Below are positions 55,584 through 64,000 of a stretch of 64,000 bases of DNA, piece by piece; position 1 is the stretch's first letter; every line of letters starts with the position of its first letter. This DNA comes from Candidatus Latescibacterota bacterium (GTDB lineage: Bacteria; Latescibacterota; UBA2968; UBA8231): NCBI GenBank assembly GCA_965203175.1, contig OZ241867.1, forward strand, positions 2,272,001 through 2,336,000. The letters run 5' to 3'. The notes under the pieces were generated by a model. The model was not told the DNA's origin and did not search any database. It saw only the letters and a list, made by a program, of their open reading frames with translations. Made by a program: the position numbers and the translations under genes.

Positions 55584-55814
55584 TCATGCGCTAGGCAGTG
55601 GAACTTCCCGTTCTTCGACCCGCCATGCTGCGTAGGCTAGCGCCTGATCGATGTCTTCCTGTTCAAGATAAGGGTAGGCGCTCAGGATTTCCTCGGAGGA
55701 TCGACCGGCTGCCAAGAGACCCACGACAGTCCCAACCGTCACGCGTAGCCCCCGGATGCATGCCGTGCCGCCCATGACGGCAGGGTCGAGCGTGATTCTC
55801 GATAGGTCTTTCAC
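55584..55814 (-). CDS. DUF433 family antitoxin (no adjacent toxin)
   Basis: RITLDPAVMGGTACIRGLRVTV...EILSAYPYLEQEDI.QAL.YAA; SD AGGAG. Confidence 0.88.
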   Translation of the reverse strand: MKDLSRITLDPAVMGGTACIRGLRVTVGTVVGLLAAGRSSEEILSAYPYLEQEDIDQALAYAAWRVEEREVPLPSA

Positions 55815-55870
55815 AATCCATTTCTCCTATTCAATCGCGCTCCAATTAATCCAAACAGCATCGACCTTAT

Positions 55871-56070
55871 TTAGTTACGCCTAGGGACTTTTCCTAGTCA
55901 ACAGTCTCTTTGGACATTCCCTACCGCTCCCATAATTCGCTCAGCGGCACGGCGAGTATGCGCTCGTCGGCCAACGGAAGCCGATCGCGGCCGGTTGTAG
56001 AGCAGGACCCCAGACTCGAAATCCTCGCCGCAGCGAGCGGCTAGCCCCACAAGCCCTTGCCCGTCTTGGA
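55871..56070. repeat. Degenerate direct-repeat copy of the ATPase 3' end plus downstream promoter region
   Basis: 55919-56070 nearly identical to 57984-58135; 55871-55916 similar to 57917-57962. Confidence 0.9.
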
Positions 56071-56901
56071 TCAGAATAGGCGCTGCTGAGGGTCATCAGG
56101 GATTGGGAACACCCCGACAATGACCCATGGATTTGGGGCGACTTGGTGAAATTGCTGCGTCGTGCCGAGAAAAAAGTGAAGGTCGGTCTTCAGGAATGTG
56201 TCAAAGTACTTGTTCCTCACCTTGGCCAATGTCGCATCCTCGTCTCCTTCTGTCGATTTCAAGCAATTCCAGTAGAGCGCGCCAGCCTCCCAGTCCAACA
56301 CTTGGAGTTCGCTGCGTTTTCCGGTTGAATCCTCGAATCGGTACGAGAAACTATACGGTAGTTTGGGGATGAGTTGGAACGTCTGACGCCAGCTATTGTC
56401 CTCAAATAGGGCAAGCTGGCTGTACAATGCACGCATCTGGCGAAGTTTCTCTTGATTCCAATTCCGGTCCTCGTTCTCCCAAATGAAATCAATGACCTTC
56501 GTGGGTTTGAATACCGCCAAGGAGAGCGTATTACTTTTAGCTCCTTCGATAAGTCTGTCGAGCCGGTCATAAACCTGCGCGGTCTGGAGCAGTAGGCGGC
56601 GGCGTTCACGCCACTTGTCGGAAGTGTCGATATGTCCCACTGGAGTCAGTTCGTTTTGATCCGCCGGGCTAAAAGATTCAGGTCGGGGATCGGCGGTCCT
56701 ACGCCCTAGCCGGCATTCAATCCAGTCATATTTCCGATATTGCTCGCTTTCATTAAGACGACGGAAGGGCACAGGATAGATGCGCACCCAGGTTCCATCC
56801 TCTTTGATACCGGCCGTGCATACGGTTTCGCCGTATTTCCTAGATAAAGTCGGGTAGGTCTTTACAGTGACGAGGATGCGTTGCTTTTCCATGGTTGTCA
56901 T
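56071..56901 (-). CDS. Conserved hypothetical partner of DUF488 proteins
   Basis: ILVTVKTYP...ETVCTAG...W.RIYPVPFR...RPES...DWE...FFLGT; ATGA overlap with the DUF488 gene. Confidence 0.7.
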   Translation of the reverse strand: MTTMEKQRILVTVKTYPTLSRKYGETVCTAGIKEDGTWVRIYPVPFRRLNESEQYRKYDWIECRLGRRTADPRPESFSPADQNELTPVGHIDTSDKWRERRRLLLQTAQVYDRLDRLIEGAKSNTLSLAVFKPTKVIDFIWENEDRNWNQEKLRQMRALYSQLALFEDNSWRQTFQLIPKLPYSFSYRFEDSTGKRSELQVLDWEAGALYWNCLKSTEGDEDATLAKVRNKYFDTFLKTDLHFFLGTTQQFHQVAPNPWVIVGVFPIPDDPQQRLF

Positions 56902-57884
56902 AAATGTCTTACAGTACAACCCTGCTCCGCAGTATCGTGCGGTGCGGCTTGATCAAACAAATCTCTCTGATCAAGTATCTGGCGGAGTGCGTCGGCGACA
57001 CAGTGCCGATGGCATTGGTCGGCATCACGCTCGTAACAGGTGAGTGCGACCGATTCGCCCAATTGTAGCCAAGCGCGGATTTTTGCCAAAGCATCGCCCT
57101 GTCTGGGAAGGCTTTTCCGCTTGTATGTCCTGAAAAGGGCGTCGAAATCCGCTTGGGATTCTAAGCCCCGGCGTTGCCGTGATTCAATTCCGAGTTCGGG
57201 CAGGTGTTCGTAGCGGATACCGACTCTATCACATGCTCTAGCAAGTGTGCTCTTAGAAAAGCCGTATTTGCGGCTGATGGCATTCCGTCGAACATCGCAA
57301 AGGACAGTCACACTTGCTTGGAGTAACGCATTGAGATAGCTCTCTAAAGTTCTCCCCTCGTACCCGATAGTCAAAAGCCGAGATGGGGTTCCTTCTGGGC
57401 GTGCGGATTCAATCCGACTGAGCGCGGCTTCATCGTTTTTGAGCACCTGCTCGGCAATGTCACTGCGAATCGCGTAATAAGGATACTTGCGGTAGGTTTC
57501 TGCAATGAGCGCATCGCCTCGCAGCCTGTGGTAGCGCTGCGCAAATACGCGCGTCGAATCATCTTGGGTTTCGCGTGCGATGCGTTTGCCTTTCTCAGTG
57601 AGTACCCAATGCTGGCCATCGTCGATCAGCAGACCGCAATCAACGAGGCGGCGGCGATCTGCATAGCACGTGAATGAGAAGGCTCCATATCGGTAGGGCA
57701 CGAACTCGTAGGGACTTGATTGGTCGGTGGGGAACAGTTCCTTGCAAAAGAGGAACAGGAGTTTCTGGAAGTCTCGACTGCCTGCATTGCCTCCAAGTAC
57801 GTCAAGGAGTGCGAGAAGCTGGCGCTGGCGCACGTACAGTCGGAGGGATCCTTTTTTATTTGATACTTGAACAGGAGTTCTCAT
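56898..57884 (-). CDS. DUF488 family protein with N-terminal SocA/Panacea-like winged-helix domain
   Basis: N-terminal FQKLLFL...FVPYRYGAFS; C-terminal TIGYEG, DVRRNAISRKYGFSK, HLPELG, CYE...CHR. Confidence 0.8.
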   Translation of the reverse strand: MRTPVQVSNKKGSLRLYVRQRQLLALLDVLGGNAGSRDFQKLLFLFCKELFPTDQSSPYEFVPYRYGAFSFTCYADRRRLVDCGLLIDDGQHWVLTEKGKRIARETQDDSTRVFAQRYHRLRGDALIAETYRKYPYYAIRSDIAEQVLKNDEAALSRIESARPEGTPSRLLTIGYEGRTLESYLNALLQASVTVLCDVRRNAISRKYGFSKSTLARACDRVGIRYEHLPELGIESRQRRGLESQADFDALFRTYKRKSLPRQGDALAKIRAWLQLGESVALTCYERDADQCHRHCVADALRQILDQRDLFDQAAPHDTAEQGCTVRHL

Positions 57885-57985
57885 GGTCAATTCGCTATCT
57901 GATCAGTCGATTCCATTTAGTTACGCCTAGAGATTTATCCGGGTCAATAGCCTCTTTGGTCAGGCTGTCACACCCGGCACACGCC

Positions 57986-59233
57986 CTACCGCTCCCACAA
58001 TTCGCTCAGCGGCACGGCGAGTATGCGCTCGTCGGCCAACGGAAGTCGGTCGCGGCCGGTGTAGAGCAGGACCCCAGACTCGAAATCCTCGCCGCAGCGA
58101 GCGGCCAGCCGAACAAGCCCTTGCCCGTCTTTGGAGGTGAGCGCACTGGCGGCTTTGACCTCAATACCCCAAGTCTTCTGGCCTCGCGTAAGGACTACAT
58201 CGACCTCTACCTGATCCTTGTCGCGATAGTGCCAGAAACGCAAATCTGGCTCTGTCCACGTGGCTTGGGCCATGAGTTGCTGCACTACGAAAGACTCCAA
58301 CAGATGCCCCATGCGGTCCCGATGGTTGAGCCAATCGGCCGCAGTCAGGTCGGCGAGGGTCGCTGCCAGCCCGCTGTCGAGCAGATGGATCTTCGGTGTT
58401 TTGACGAGCCGTTTGGCCGGGTTGCGGTGCCATGCGGGTAGGCGGCGCACCAGAAAGAGCCGTTCGAGCACGGCGATGTAGTGATCTACTGTCGCCCGGT
58501 GCAGACCGAGGCTGTTGGCCAGATTGCAGGTGTTCAGTAGTTCGGCACTGCGCAGAGCCCACAGCTCCAGCAAGCGCGCCAACTCCTGGGCATCCTTAAC
58601 CCGTGCCACGTCTTGCACATCCCGCTCGATGATGCTGCGTAGATACTGTCGGTGCCATTGCCGGGCGCGGCTGGGCGTGCGGGTCAGCGGCTCGGGATAG
58701 CCGCCCGCTACCAGTCGCTCCGGCAGCGACGGCCCAGCAGGCTCCGCCTTGGGCCGGATACCCAGTTTGAGCGCGCCGTTCAACAGGTCGTTGAGGAAAC
58801 GCCCAGGCTGGCGCTCTTTTTCCGCTTCGGTCAATGGGTGCAACTGCGCCATTTCCATCCGTCCCGCCAGAGATTCGGTAACGGTCGGCACCAGCAATAG
58901 ATTGGCCGAGCCGGTCAGCAGGAAACGTCCGGGACGGCGGTCTTGATCCACGGCGCGTTTGATGGCCGAGAGCAGCGCCGGCACCCGTTGCACTTCGTCC
59001 AAAGTCACCGCCTCCGGCAAGCTGGCGATGAAACCGTCTGGGTCGGCCCCGGCGGTCTGATAGTAGTTGTGCTCGTCTAAGCTGACGAACGTACGGTCAG
59101 GCGCGAGCTGCTGCGCGAGCGTAGTTTTCCCGCTTTGCCGCGGCCCAAGCAGACAGACCACCGGCGTGTCGGCCAAAGCTTCTCGGAGGACGGGTGTCAG
59201 CGAGCGGGGAAACAGGGAACGGTCGGCGTCCAT
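57986..59233 (-). CDS. AAA_14 ATPase with DUF4143 and C-terminal nuclease-like motif
   Basis: GPRQSGKTT, LDEVQR, LTGSA, ESLAGR, GGYP, KTPK.HLLDSG, EVDVV...IEVK. Confidence 0.9.
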   Translation of the reverse strand: MDADRSLFPRSLTPVLREALADTPVVCLLGPRQSGKTTLAQQLAPDRTFVSLDEHNYYQTAGADPDGFIASLPEAVTLDEVQRVPALLSAIKRAVDQDRRPGRFLLTGSANLLLVPTVTESLAGRMEMAQLHPLTEAEKERQPGRFLNDLLNGALKLGIRPKAEPAGPSLPERLVAGGYPEPLTRTPSRARQWHRQYLRSIIERDVQDVARVKDAQELARLLELWALRSAELLNTCNLANSLGLHRATVDHYIAVLERLFLVRRLPAWHRNPAKRLVKTPKIHLLDSGLAATLADLTAADWLNHRDRMGHLLESFVVQQLMAQATWTEPDLRFWHYRDKDQVEVDVVLTRGQKTWGIEVKAASALTSKDGQGLVRLAARCGEDFESGVLLYTGRDRLPLADERILAVPLSELWER

Positions 59234-59290
59234 TTGTCGGTTAGAATAGCGTCCAATTGTCGATTAAGGGAGCGTCCAATTGTACAATAA
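59226..59290. repeat. Three tandem 23-bp units overlapping the ATPase start codon, right island boundary
   Basis: GCGTCC at 59226, 59249 and 59272, each followed by AwTTGT. Confidence 0.8.
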
Positions 59291-59404
59291 CAATCTAGGG
59301 CAGGGGGACGAGGAGATCAAGATGAGAAGCTGAAACCAGCACCAATAAAAGTGGGTGGGGTAGATGGCGATGGCCCAGACCGTGCGCGAAGCCGTCAGGT
59401 TCGT

Positions 59405-60079
59405 TTAGGAAGAGCCGATTGGAAAAATTGTGTTTTTGATGCGTCCCCACGAATCCTCTTCCTTGCCTGCACCACACGAACCAAGCAGGGGATCGCCAAG
59501 CCAGCGCACCATCCGCCAGTCCCCTTCCTCGTCCTGTCGCAGCTTGAAGGTCATCAACTGATCGACGCGAAACCCATCGCCGTTCTCGTCGAGCATCAGC
59601 ATTTGCACTCGGCCATAGAAAACCTCCCAGTCTTCGTCGGGATGGCCTTCGGGGTCGCCTTCGTATATTTCGGGGTACTCGGAGCCGAGTTCTTGCCAGC
59701 GTCTAATGAGTTCAAAGTCGTAGCTGAAGTCGGAAAAAATATCGAACAGGCCCTTAGTGTCCCCATCGCGGCTACCGATAATGATGTTCAGCTCTGTCTC
59801 TAGGTCGTTATCAAAGACAATGTAGCCTAGGCAATCGGTTTCGTTGAACCAGAAATCCTCGTTCAGCAGGGTCTCGTACAGAGCTTTGTCGCGGTCCTGC
59901 ATGGCACGTGCTAGGTTGTGCATGAGTTGTTCTGGAGTGGTAACCACGGCTGCTTCTGGCTCCGGAATGACGGGTTCTGGCTCCGGAATGACAGGCTCTG
60001 GCTCTATTGTTTTAGAACGCTCACGCTTACACGAACATACGGCAACCACAACGACGGCAACGACGGTCCAATAATACAT
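59405..60079 (-). CDS. Lipoprotein, NTF2-like domain, C-terminal SWGRIK motif
   Basis: Lipobox-like VCSC; EPEPVIP duplicated (21-bp tandem); YETLLNEDFWF...WRMVRW; ends SWGRIKNTIFPIGSS. Confidence 0.65.
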   Translation of the reverse strand: MYYWTVVAVVVVAVCSCKRERSKTIEPEPVIPEPEPVIPEPEAAVVTTPEQLMHNLARAMQDRDKALYETLLNEDFWFNETDCLGYIVFDNDLETELNIIIGSRDGDTKGLFDIFSDFSYDFELIRRWQELGSEYPEIYEGDPEGHPDEDWEVFYGRVQMLMLDENGDGFRVDQLMTFKLRQDEEGDWRMVRWLGDPLLGSCGAGKEEDSWGRIKNTIFPIGSS

Positions 60080-60267
60080 TATTCTACTCCATCTAATACT
60101 CCGTTGCGAATTTTCTATATTATCGAATATATGAGAAAGCCCCGATGGATGTATCAATCCAGAGCGGCTTGAACGATCAGTCCCGACCACAGTGCTCTCT
60201 CGTGCAGATGCTTAGGTTTTCTCCGGTGCGTTGTGCCGGTACGCCAAGGCACACCAGATAACGACCT

Positions 60268-61479
60268 ATGAACCGATCGTCGCGTTTTGCGCGCACCACC
60301 GCTGACTTAGACCTCAGTGCCCTGCTCAACCCGCTGCGCAAATCTTTTTGGCTGTCGCTGGGAATCGCCGTCCTTCTGAACGCGGTCTTGGTTCTGCTCA
60401 ATCCCTTCCAGCAGCAGGCTGAAAAAGCGCCCCGGCCGCTAACCACCAAATTCGTCAAACGCCAGCCGCGCCTGACCAAGGCGCTGGAATTGCGCAAGAT
60501 TCCCCAACGCAAGCGCCCGATGATCCGCCGCCAAGTGCGCGCTGTCGCCGCCCGCATGGATCAGGTGCAAGCTACTGCGGCATTCTCCACGCGCGCGATC
60601 ATCGCTCGTTCGACTGGCATCGCGAATGTGCTCCAAGTTGGCCAGGGCAACCCACAGATGCTTCAGGCGGCGCTGGAACCAGTCGTGAGGGTAACCGCGA
60701 ATGTAGGGATCAGCCGCATGTCCGAGCACAAAATCGACATGGGCTTGGAGATGCTGGATGTCGATGCCATGGATACGGGCCGCTACCGCGCCTTGGTGAT
60801 ACAGGATCCCAACGACAAGCAGGGGCTCAAGGGCTTTGTCAAATTCGCCCGCGTGGTCTCAGCCACGTATATGGCCGAAACCCAGACCAATGTCGTCGAT
60901 GGCGGGCTCAACAATCGGGAAATCGACGTCCTGCGCGATATGCTCAACGAGTGGACCGGCTTGCGCACCGAGTTCGTCGGTAGCTTTACCTTTGATGACG
61001 ACCGCTTTCTAACGGTGCCGATCGTCATTCCCCAAGGCGAGCCCAATGAAAACGAGTTGGACAATCTGGCGCGCTACCTGCTGGCGGGGGGCTTTGTCAT
61101 GGCCGAGCAATTCGACTTTGAGGGATTTTGGACCGAGGCCCTGGAAAAGTACGGGGGGCTGATCAAGGGGCGCGATTTTTATACCGAACGCCTGCGGGAA
61201 GACCATCCGATATTCACGGCCTATTTTGACTTAGGGGACGGTGTCGCGCAGGGTGCCTCGCGGTTTGACGATCCGTACTACTGGAATGTGGTGAAGGGCT
61301 TGTACGTCAAGGGGCGGCTGGTGGCCGTACCTCGGGCCAACTCGGGTATTGGGGGGTATATGGGCTTTGCCGCCGAACGCGATGCGACCCGCATACTACA
61401 GTTTGCGGTCAATACCGTAATCTACGCACTGACTCAAGAGGGGTCCATGACACAGCGGTTGATGCAGATTGTCCACTGA
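60268..61479 (+). CDS. Membrane-anchored DUF4159 domain protein
   Basis: N-terminal TM; ELDNLARYLLAGGF, DHPIF..YFD, GRLVAV, VN.VIYALTQEG. Confidence 0.75.
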   Translation: MNRSSRFARTTADLDLSALLNPLRKSFWLSLGIAVLLNAVLVLLNPFQQQAEKAPRPLTTKFVKRQPRLTKALELRKIPQRKRPMIRRQVRAVAARMDQVQATAAFSTRAIIARSTGIANVLQVGQGNPQMLQAALEPVVRVTANVGISRMSEHKIDMGLEMLDVDAMDTGRYRALVIQDPNDKQGLKGFVKFARVVSATYMAETQTNVVDGGLNNREIDVLRDMLNEWTGLRTEFVGSFTFDDDRFLTVPIVIPQGEPNENELDNLARYLLAGGFVMAEQFDFEGFWTEALEKYGGLIKGRDFYTERLREDHPIFTAYFDLGDGVAQGASRFDDPYYWNVVKGLYVKGRLVAVPRANSGIGGYMGFAAERDATRILQFAVNTVIYALTQEGSMTQRLMQIVH

Positions 61480-61534
61480 GCAGAGAGCCGTTACTTTGGG
61501 CAGGCCTGTTTCTTTTCGATCACTAGGAGGTGAT

Positions 61535-62482
61535 ATGCCGACGATTCAGGACCACATCTCTCTCGACGCACTCACCGAAGGCACCTTGAGCACGCTGAAG
61601 GCGATCGGCGTCGACGACATTGCCGTCATGCATCCAACGCCGCCCGAGCCTAGAGAAGACCAATCCCCGCTGTGGCGCGATGTGCGCCGCACGGTGGAAG
61701 CCCACGGCATGCGGTTTTTCAACATTGGCCTGCGGCCGCACCCCTCGATCACGCTGGGCCGCGATGGCCGGGACGAGCACATCGAAAGGTGGTGCGCTCT
61801 CATCCGCAGCTTGGGCGCGGCGGGTGTGCCGAGCCTGACGTACAATTTTCGCGGCATTGGCAACTTCCGCACGGAATCGGCCGTGGGGCGCGGCGGTGCC
61901 CGCTACAGCACGTTCGACTTTGCCGAGTTCCAGGCCAATCCCCAGTTGCATCCCGATCAGCAGATTGCGGAGGGCGCCCTGCGCGCCAATTTGCGCTACT
62001 TCATGGAGCGCATCACACCGGTGGCCGAGGAGTGCGAGGTGCGTCTGATGATGCATCCCGACGACCCGCCGCGCCACGATCCATTGGGCGGGGCCGCGCG
62101 CGTGCTGTCGTCGCTGGATGACTTTGAGCGCCTCTTTGAACTGGTGCCGAGCAAGGCCAATGCGATGTTGTTCTGCCAGGGATGCGTGGCCGAGATGGGC
62201 GAGGACATCCCGACGGCCATCCGCCGCATGGCCGGCCTCGGCAAAATCGGCACCGTGCACTTCCGCAATATCCGCGGCGGACCCGCGCGCTTTGAAGAGG
62301 TATTCCTCGACGAGGGCGACGCGGATATGTACGCCATGATGCGGGTTTACGCCGAAGTCGGGTACGACGGGCCGTTCATGCTCGACCACACGCCGGGTTT
62401 GCAGGACGCGTCGGCGGCTTGGGCCGGCCGGGCCTACGCCATTGGTTTCATTCGGGCGACGATGCAGGCGGCGTACCGCTGA
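61535..62482 (+). CDS. uxuA: Mannonate dehydratase family protein
   Basis: YNF, PVAEE..VRL.MHPDDPP, FCQGC, HFRN, DEGDADM, DHTP; SD AGGAGG. Confidence 0.8.
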   Translation: MPTIQDHISLDALTEGTLSTLKAIGVDDIAVMHPTPPEPREDQSPLWRDVRRTVEAHGMRFFNIGLRPHPSITLGRDGRDEHIERWCALIRSLGAAGVPSLTYNFRGIGNFRTESAVGRGGARYSTFDFAEFQANPQLHPDQQIAEGALRANLRYFMERITPVAEECEVRLMMHPDDPPRHDPLGGAARVLSSLDDFERLFELVPSKANAMLFCQGCVAEMGEDIPTAIRRMAGLGKIGTVHFRNIRGGPARFEEVFLDEGDADMYAMMRVYAEVGYDGPFMLDHTPGLQDASAAWAGRAYAIGFIRATMQAAYR

Positions 62483-62544
62483 GGTCGAGCAGCTAGGACT
62501 GGGGTACCCGCGTACATCCCCATTTGATCGCGGGCAGAGATTCT

Positions 62545-64000
62545 TCACATAATCGACACTTCGTTGCCCCGCACACCGGGATCTATTAGCGCGTAGATGA
62601 TGATCCACAGGCCGGCCACCGTCGCCTCACCGAGAATCAGGCCCAAAAAGAACGGCCGCAGCGTCTTGAACAGCGCAATCCCGCCATATTTCAAGATGAG
62701 GGACTTGAGCAGCCAGGTCAGAAACACCGCGAACCAGATGTGACTCGTCAGCCACCCGATGCTGATGACGTAGCCGACCGGGTGCAAGGGCCACCAGTAG
62801 AATCGATGCTGGCCGAGTACGAGGACGGCCTCGATCACGCCGCCGATGCCGGTAAATACCAAGCCGCGCACATCGGGCAAGGTCGGGTTGAGCAAGGGGC
62901 GCGCCATGTCCGTAAAGGTGCGCACCGCCTGCTTTGTCATGAAGAAGGAATTGAGATTGATGCCGCCGTGCTCGTAGCACAAGTAGAGGATGACCCATGT
63001 CGCGCCGGCGAGACTGCAAAGCAAGGCGACGATCATTCCCCAGAACAGGCGGCGCTTTGATCCAGGCACGATCTCGCTCAGCTTGAGGGCGTTGGCGCAG
63101 GCGATCATTGGAAACACCCGCATCTCCGACTGCCACACATAAGTGAAGGTCAAGGCCACCAGTCCCTGGGTGCCAATGGCGGACGTCCCAACCGTCGAGA
63201 TCGCAAAGAAAGCCGCCACCATCGGGGCTCTCGCCGTGGCCACGCCGGCGGTGGCCACCACCCGGGTGATCATGAGGTAAAAGATCAGACAGGCCGCCAG
63301 AAACAGCGGCAGAACGACGGGGGGAATACCTGAGTACCACAGCCAAGCACCGGCGAAGGTCAAGCTGCCGACGAACCCGAAGAAAGCGACGCGGTAGGAG
63401 AGCAACTCCTCGGTGTCGTCCACGCGCGGGTCGTTGTGCCACGCGCGGTGCCACACGTCCTTGAAATGACGGCGGCCGGCCCACAGCGCAAACAGCACAA
63501 AGACGATGCAGGCTCCCATTTGCTGGTGGGTCAAATCTGCGCTTTGCGACTGAGAGTAGAGGCTTAGCTGCTCGGTGCTGTCAATACCGACGGTGGTGAA
63601 CAATCCTTCCTGCACCTTGCCCAGCAGGTAGAAGAACCAGATGCTGAACAGGATCTCTAGGCTGACCAGATAGAAAAACCCCACCCAGGCGAAGTCGAAC
63701 CAGAACGGGACGTAGACCGAGTCGCGGAAGAAGTGGATCACCGAGAAGAAATAGGGCATCCGCGGGATGAAGGGGAAGTAGGTATTGAGTCCCGACAGAC
63801 TGAGCAAGGTAAAGGGCACGAAAAACCCCAGCCACATGACGCGGCTCCTGAAAAACGGACCGAGGAGTCGCCGCGCTCCGCTATTGCTTTCGATCAGCTG
63901 TAGGGGTAGCTGTACCATCGGATAGGCGAGCCGCTCGTTGACCGACCACTGGCGGTGCAGCATCGTACTCAGGCAGATCATCATGAAGCTGATCGCCATG
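62545..64000 (-). CDS. DUF6785/DUF6784 family polytopic membrane protein (5' part outside window)
   Basis: RQW...ERLAYP, WWPLHPVGY, LKYGG, PFFLGLILG; many TM helices. Confidence 0.75.
   Translation of the reverse strand, partial: MAISFMMICLSTMLHRQWSVNERLAYPMVQLPLQLIESNSGARRLLGPFFRSRVMWLGFFVPFTLLSLSGLNTYFPFIPRMPYFFSVIHFFRDSVYVPFWFDFAWVGFFYLVSLEILFSIWFFYLLGKVQEGLFTTVGIDSTEQLSLYSQSQSADLTHQQMGACIVFVLFALWAGRRHFKDVWHRAWHNDPRVDDTEELLSYRVAFFGFVGSLTFAGAWLWYSGIPPVVLPLFLAACLIFYLMITRVVATAGVATARAPMVAAFFAISTVGTSAIGTQGLVALTFTYVWQSEMRVFPMIACANALKLSEIVPGSKRRLFWGMIVALLCSLAGATWVILYLCYEHGGINLNSFFMTKQAVRTFTDMARPLLNPTLPDVRGLVFTGIGGVIEAVLVLGQHRFYWWPLHPVGYVISIGWLTSHIWFAVFLTWLLKSLILKYGGIALFKTLRPFFLGLILGEATVAGLWIIIYALIDPGVRGNEVSIM

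Noticed and set aside
59226-59290. Possible mini-CRISPR array
   Set aside because: Units are contiguous with a 23-bp period and no unique spacers; no cas genes.
61523-62608. 361-aa antisense ORF, and similar long shadows (23812-24852, 7907-8827, 62627-63484, 49694-50416)
   Set aside because: They overlap well-supported genes, have Arg/Ala/Pro-rich or motif-free composition, and are typical GC-rich off-frame ORFs.

Overview
GC-rich bacterial chromosomal segment. The protein families (many PhyH dioxygenases, sulfatase, DUF6785, secreted proteins ending in an SWGx(I/L)K motif) suggest Candidatus Latescibacterota or a relative, possibly host-associated; this is inference. Core content: proS, thrS with a Thr11 leader-peptide attenuator, nadC, folA, aspC, lgt, an ElbD-like FAR-AMP-ACP-acyltransferase megaenzyme divergent from a lipid kinase/Mla-MCE operon, sugar-acid catabolic enzymes, and a sigma-54 two-component system with a nearby -24/-12 promoter. 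Four small defence/toxin-antitoxin islets interrupt the core: 1-3.1 kb, 30.5-32.9 kb, 47.7-49.7 kb and 54.2-59.3 kb. The most striking element is at 30.5-32.0 kb: a solitary large-phage-type major capsid (HK97-like) gene fused in frame to the toxin-binding C-terminal tail of a Phd/YefM antitoxin and translationally coupled to an intact VapC PIN toxin, behind a near-consensus sigma-70 promoter. It is a candidate capsid-decoy abortive-infection system. No rRNA, tRNA, CRISPR array or integrase was seen. All family assignments come from motif recognition and recalled sequences, not database searches.
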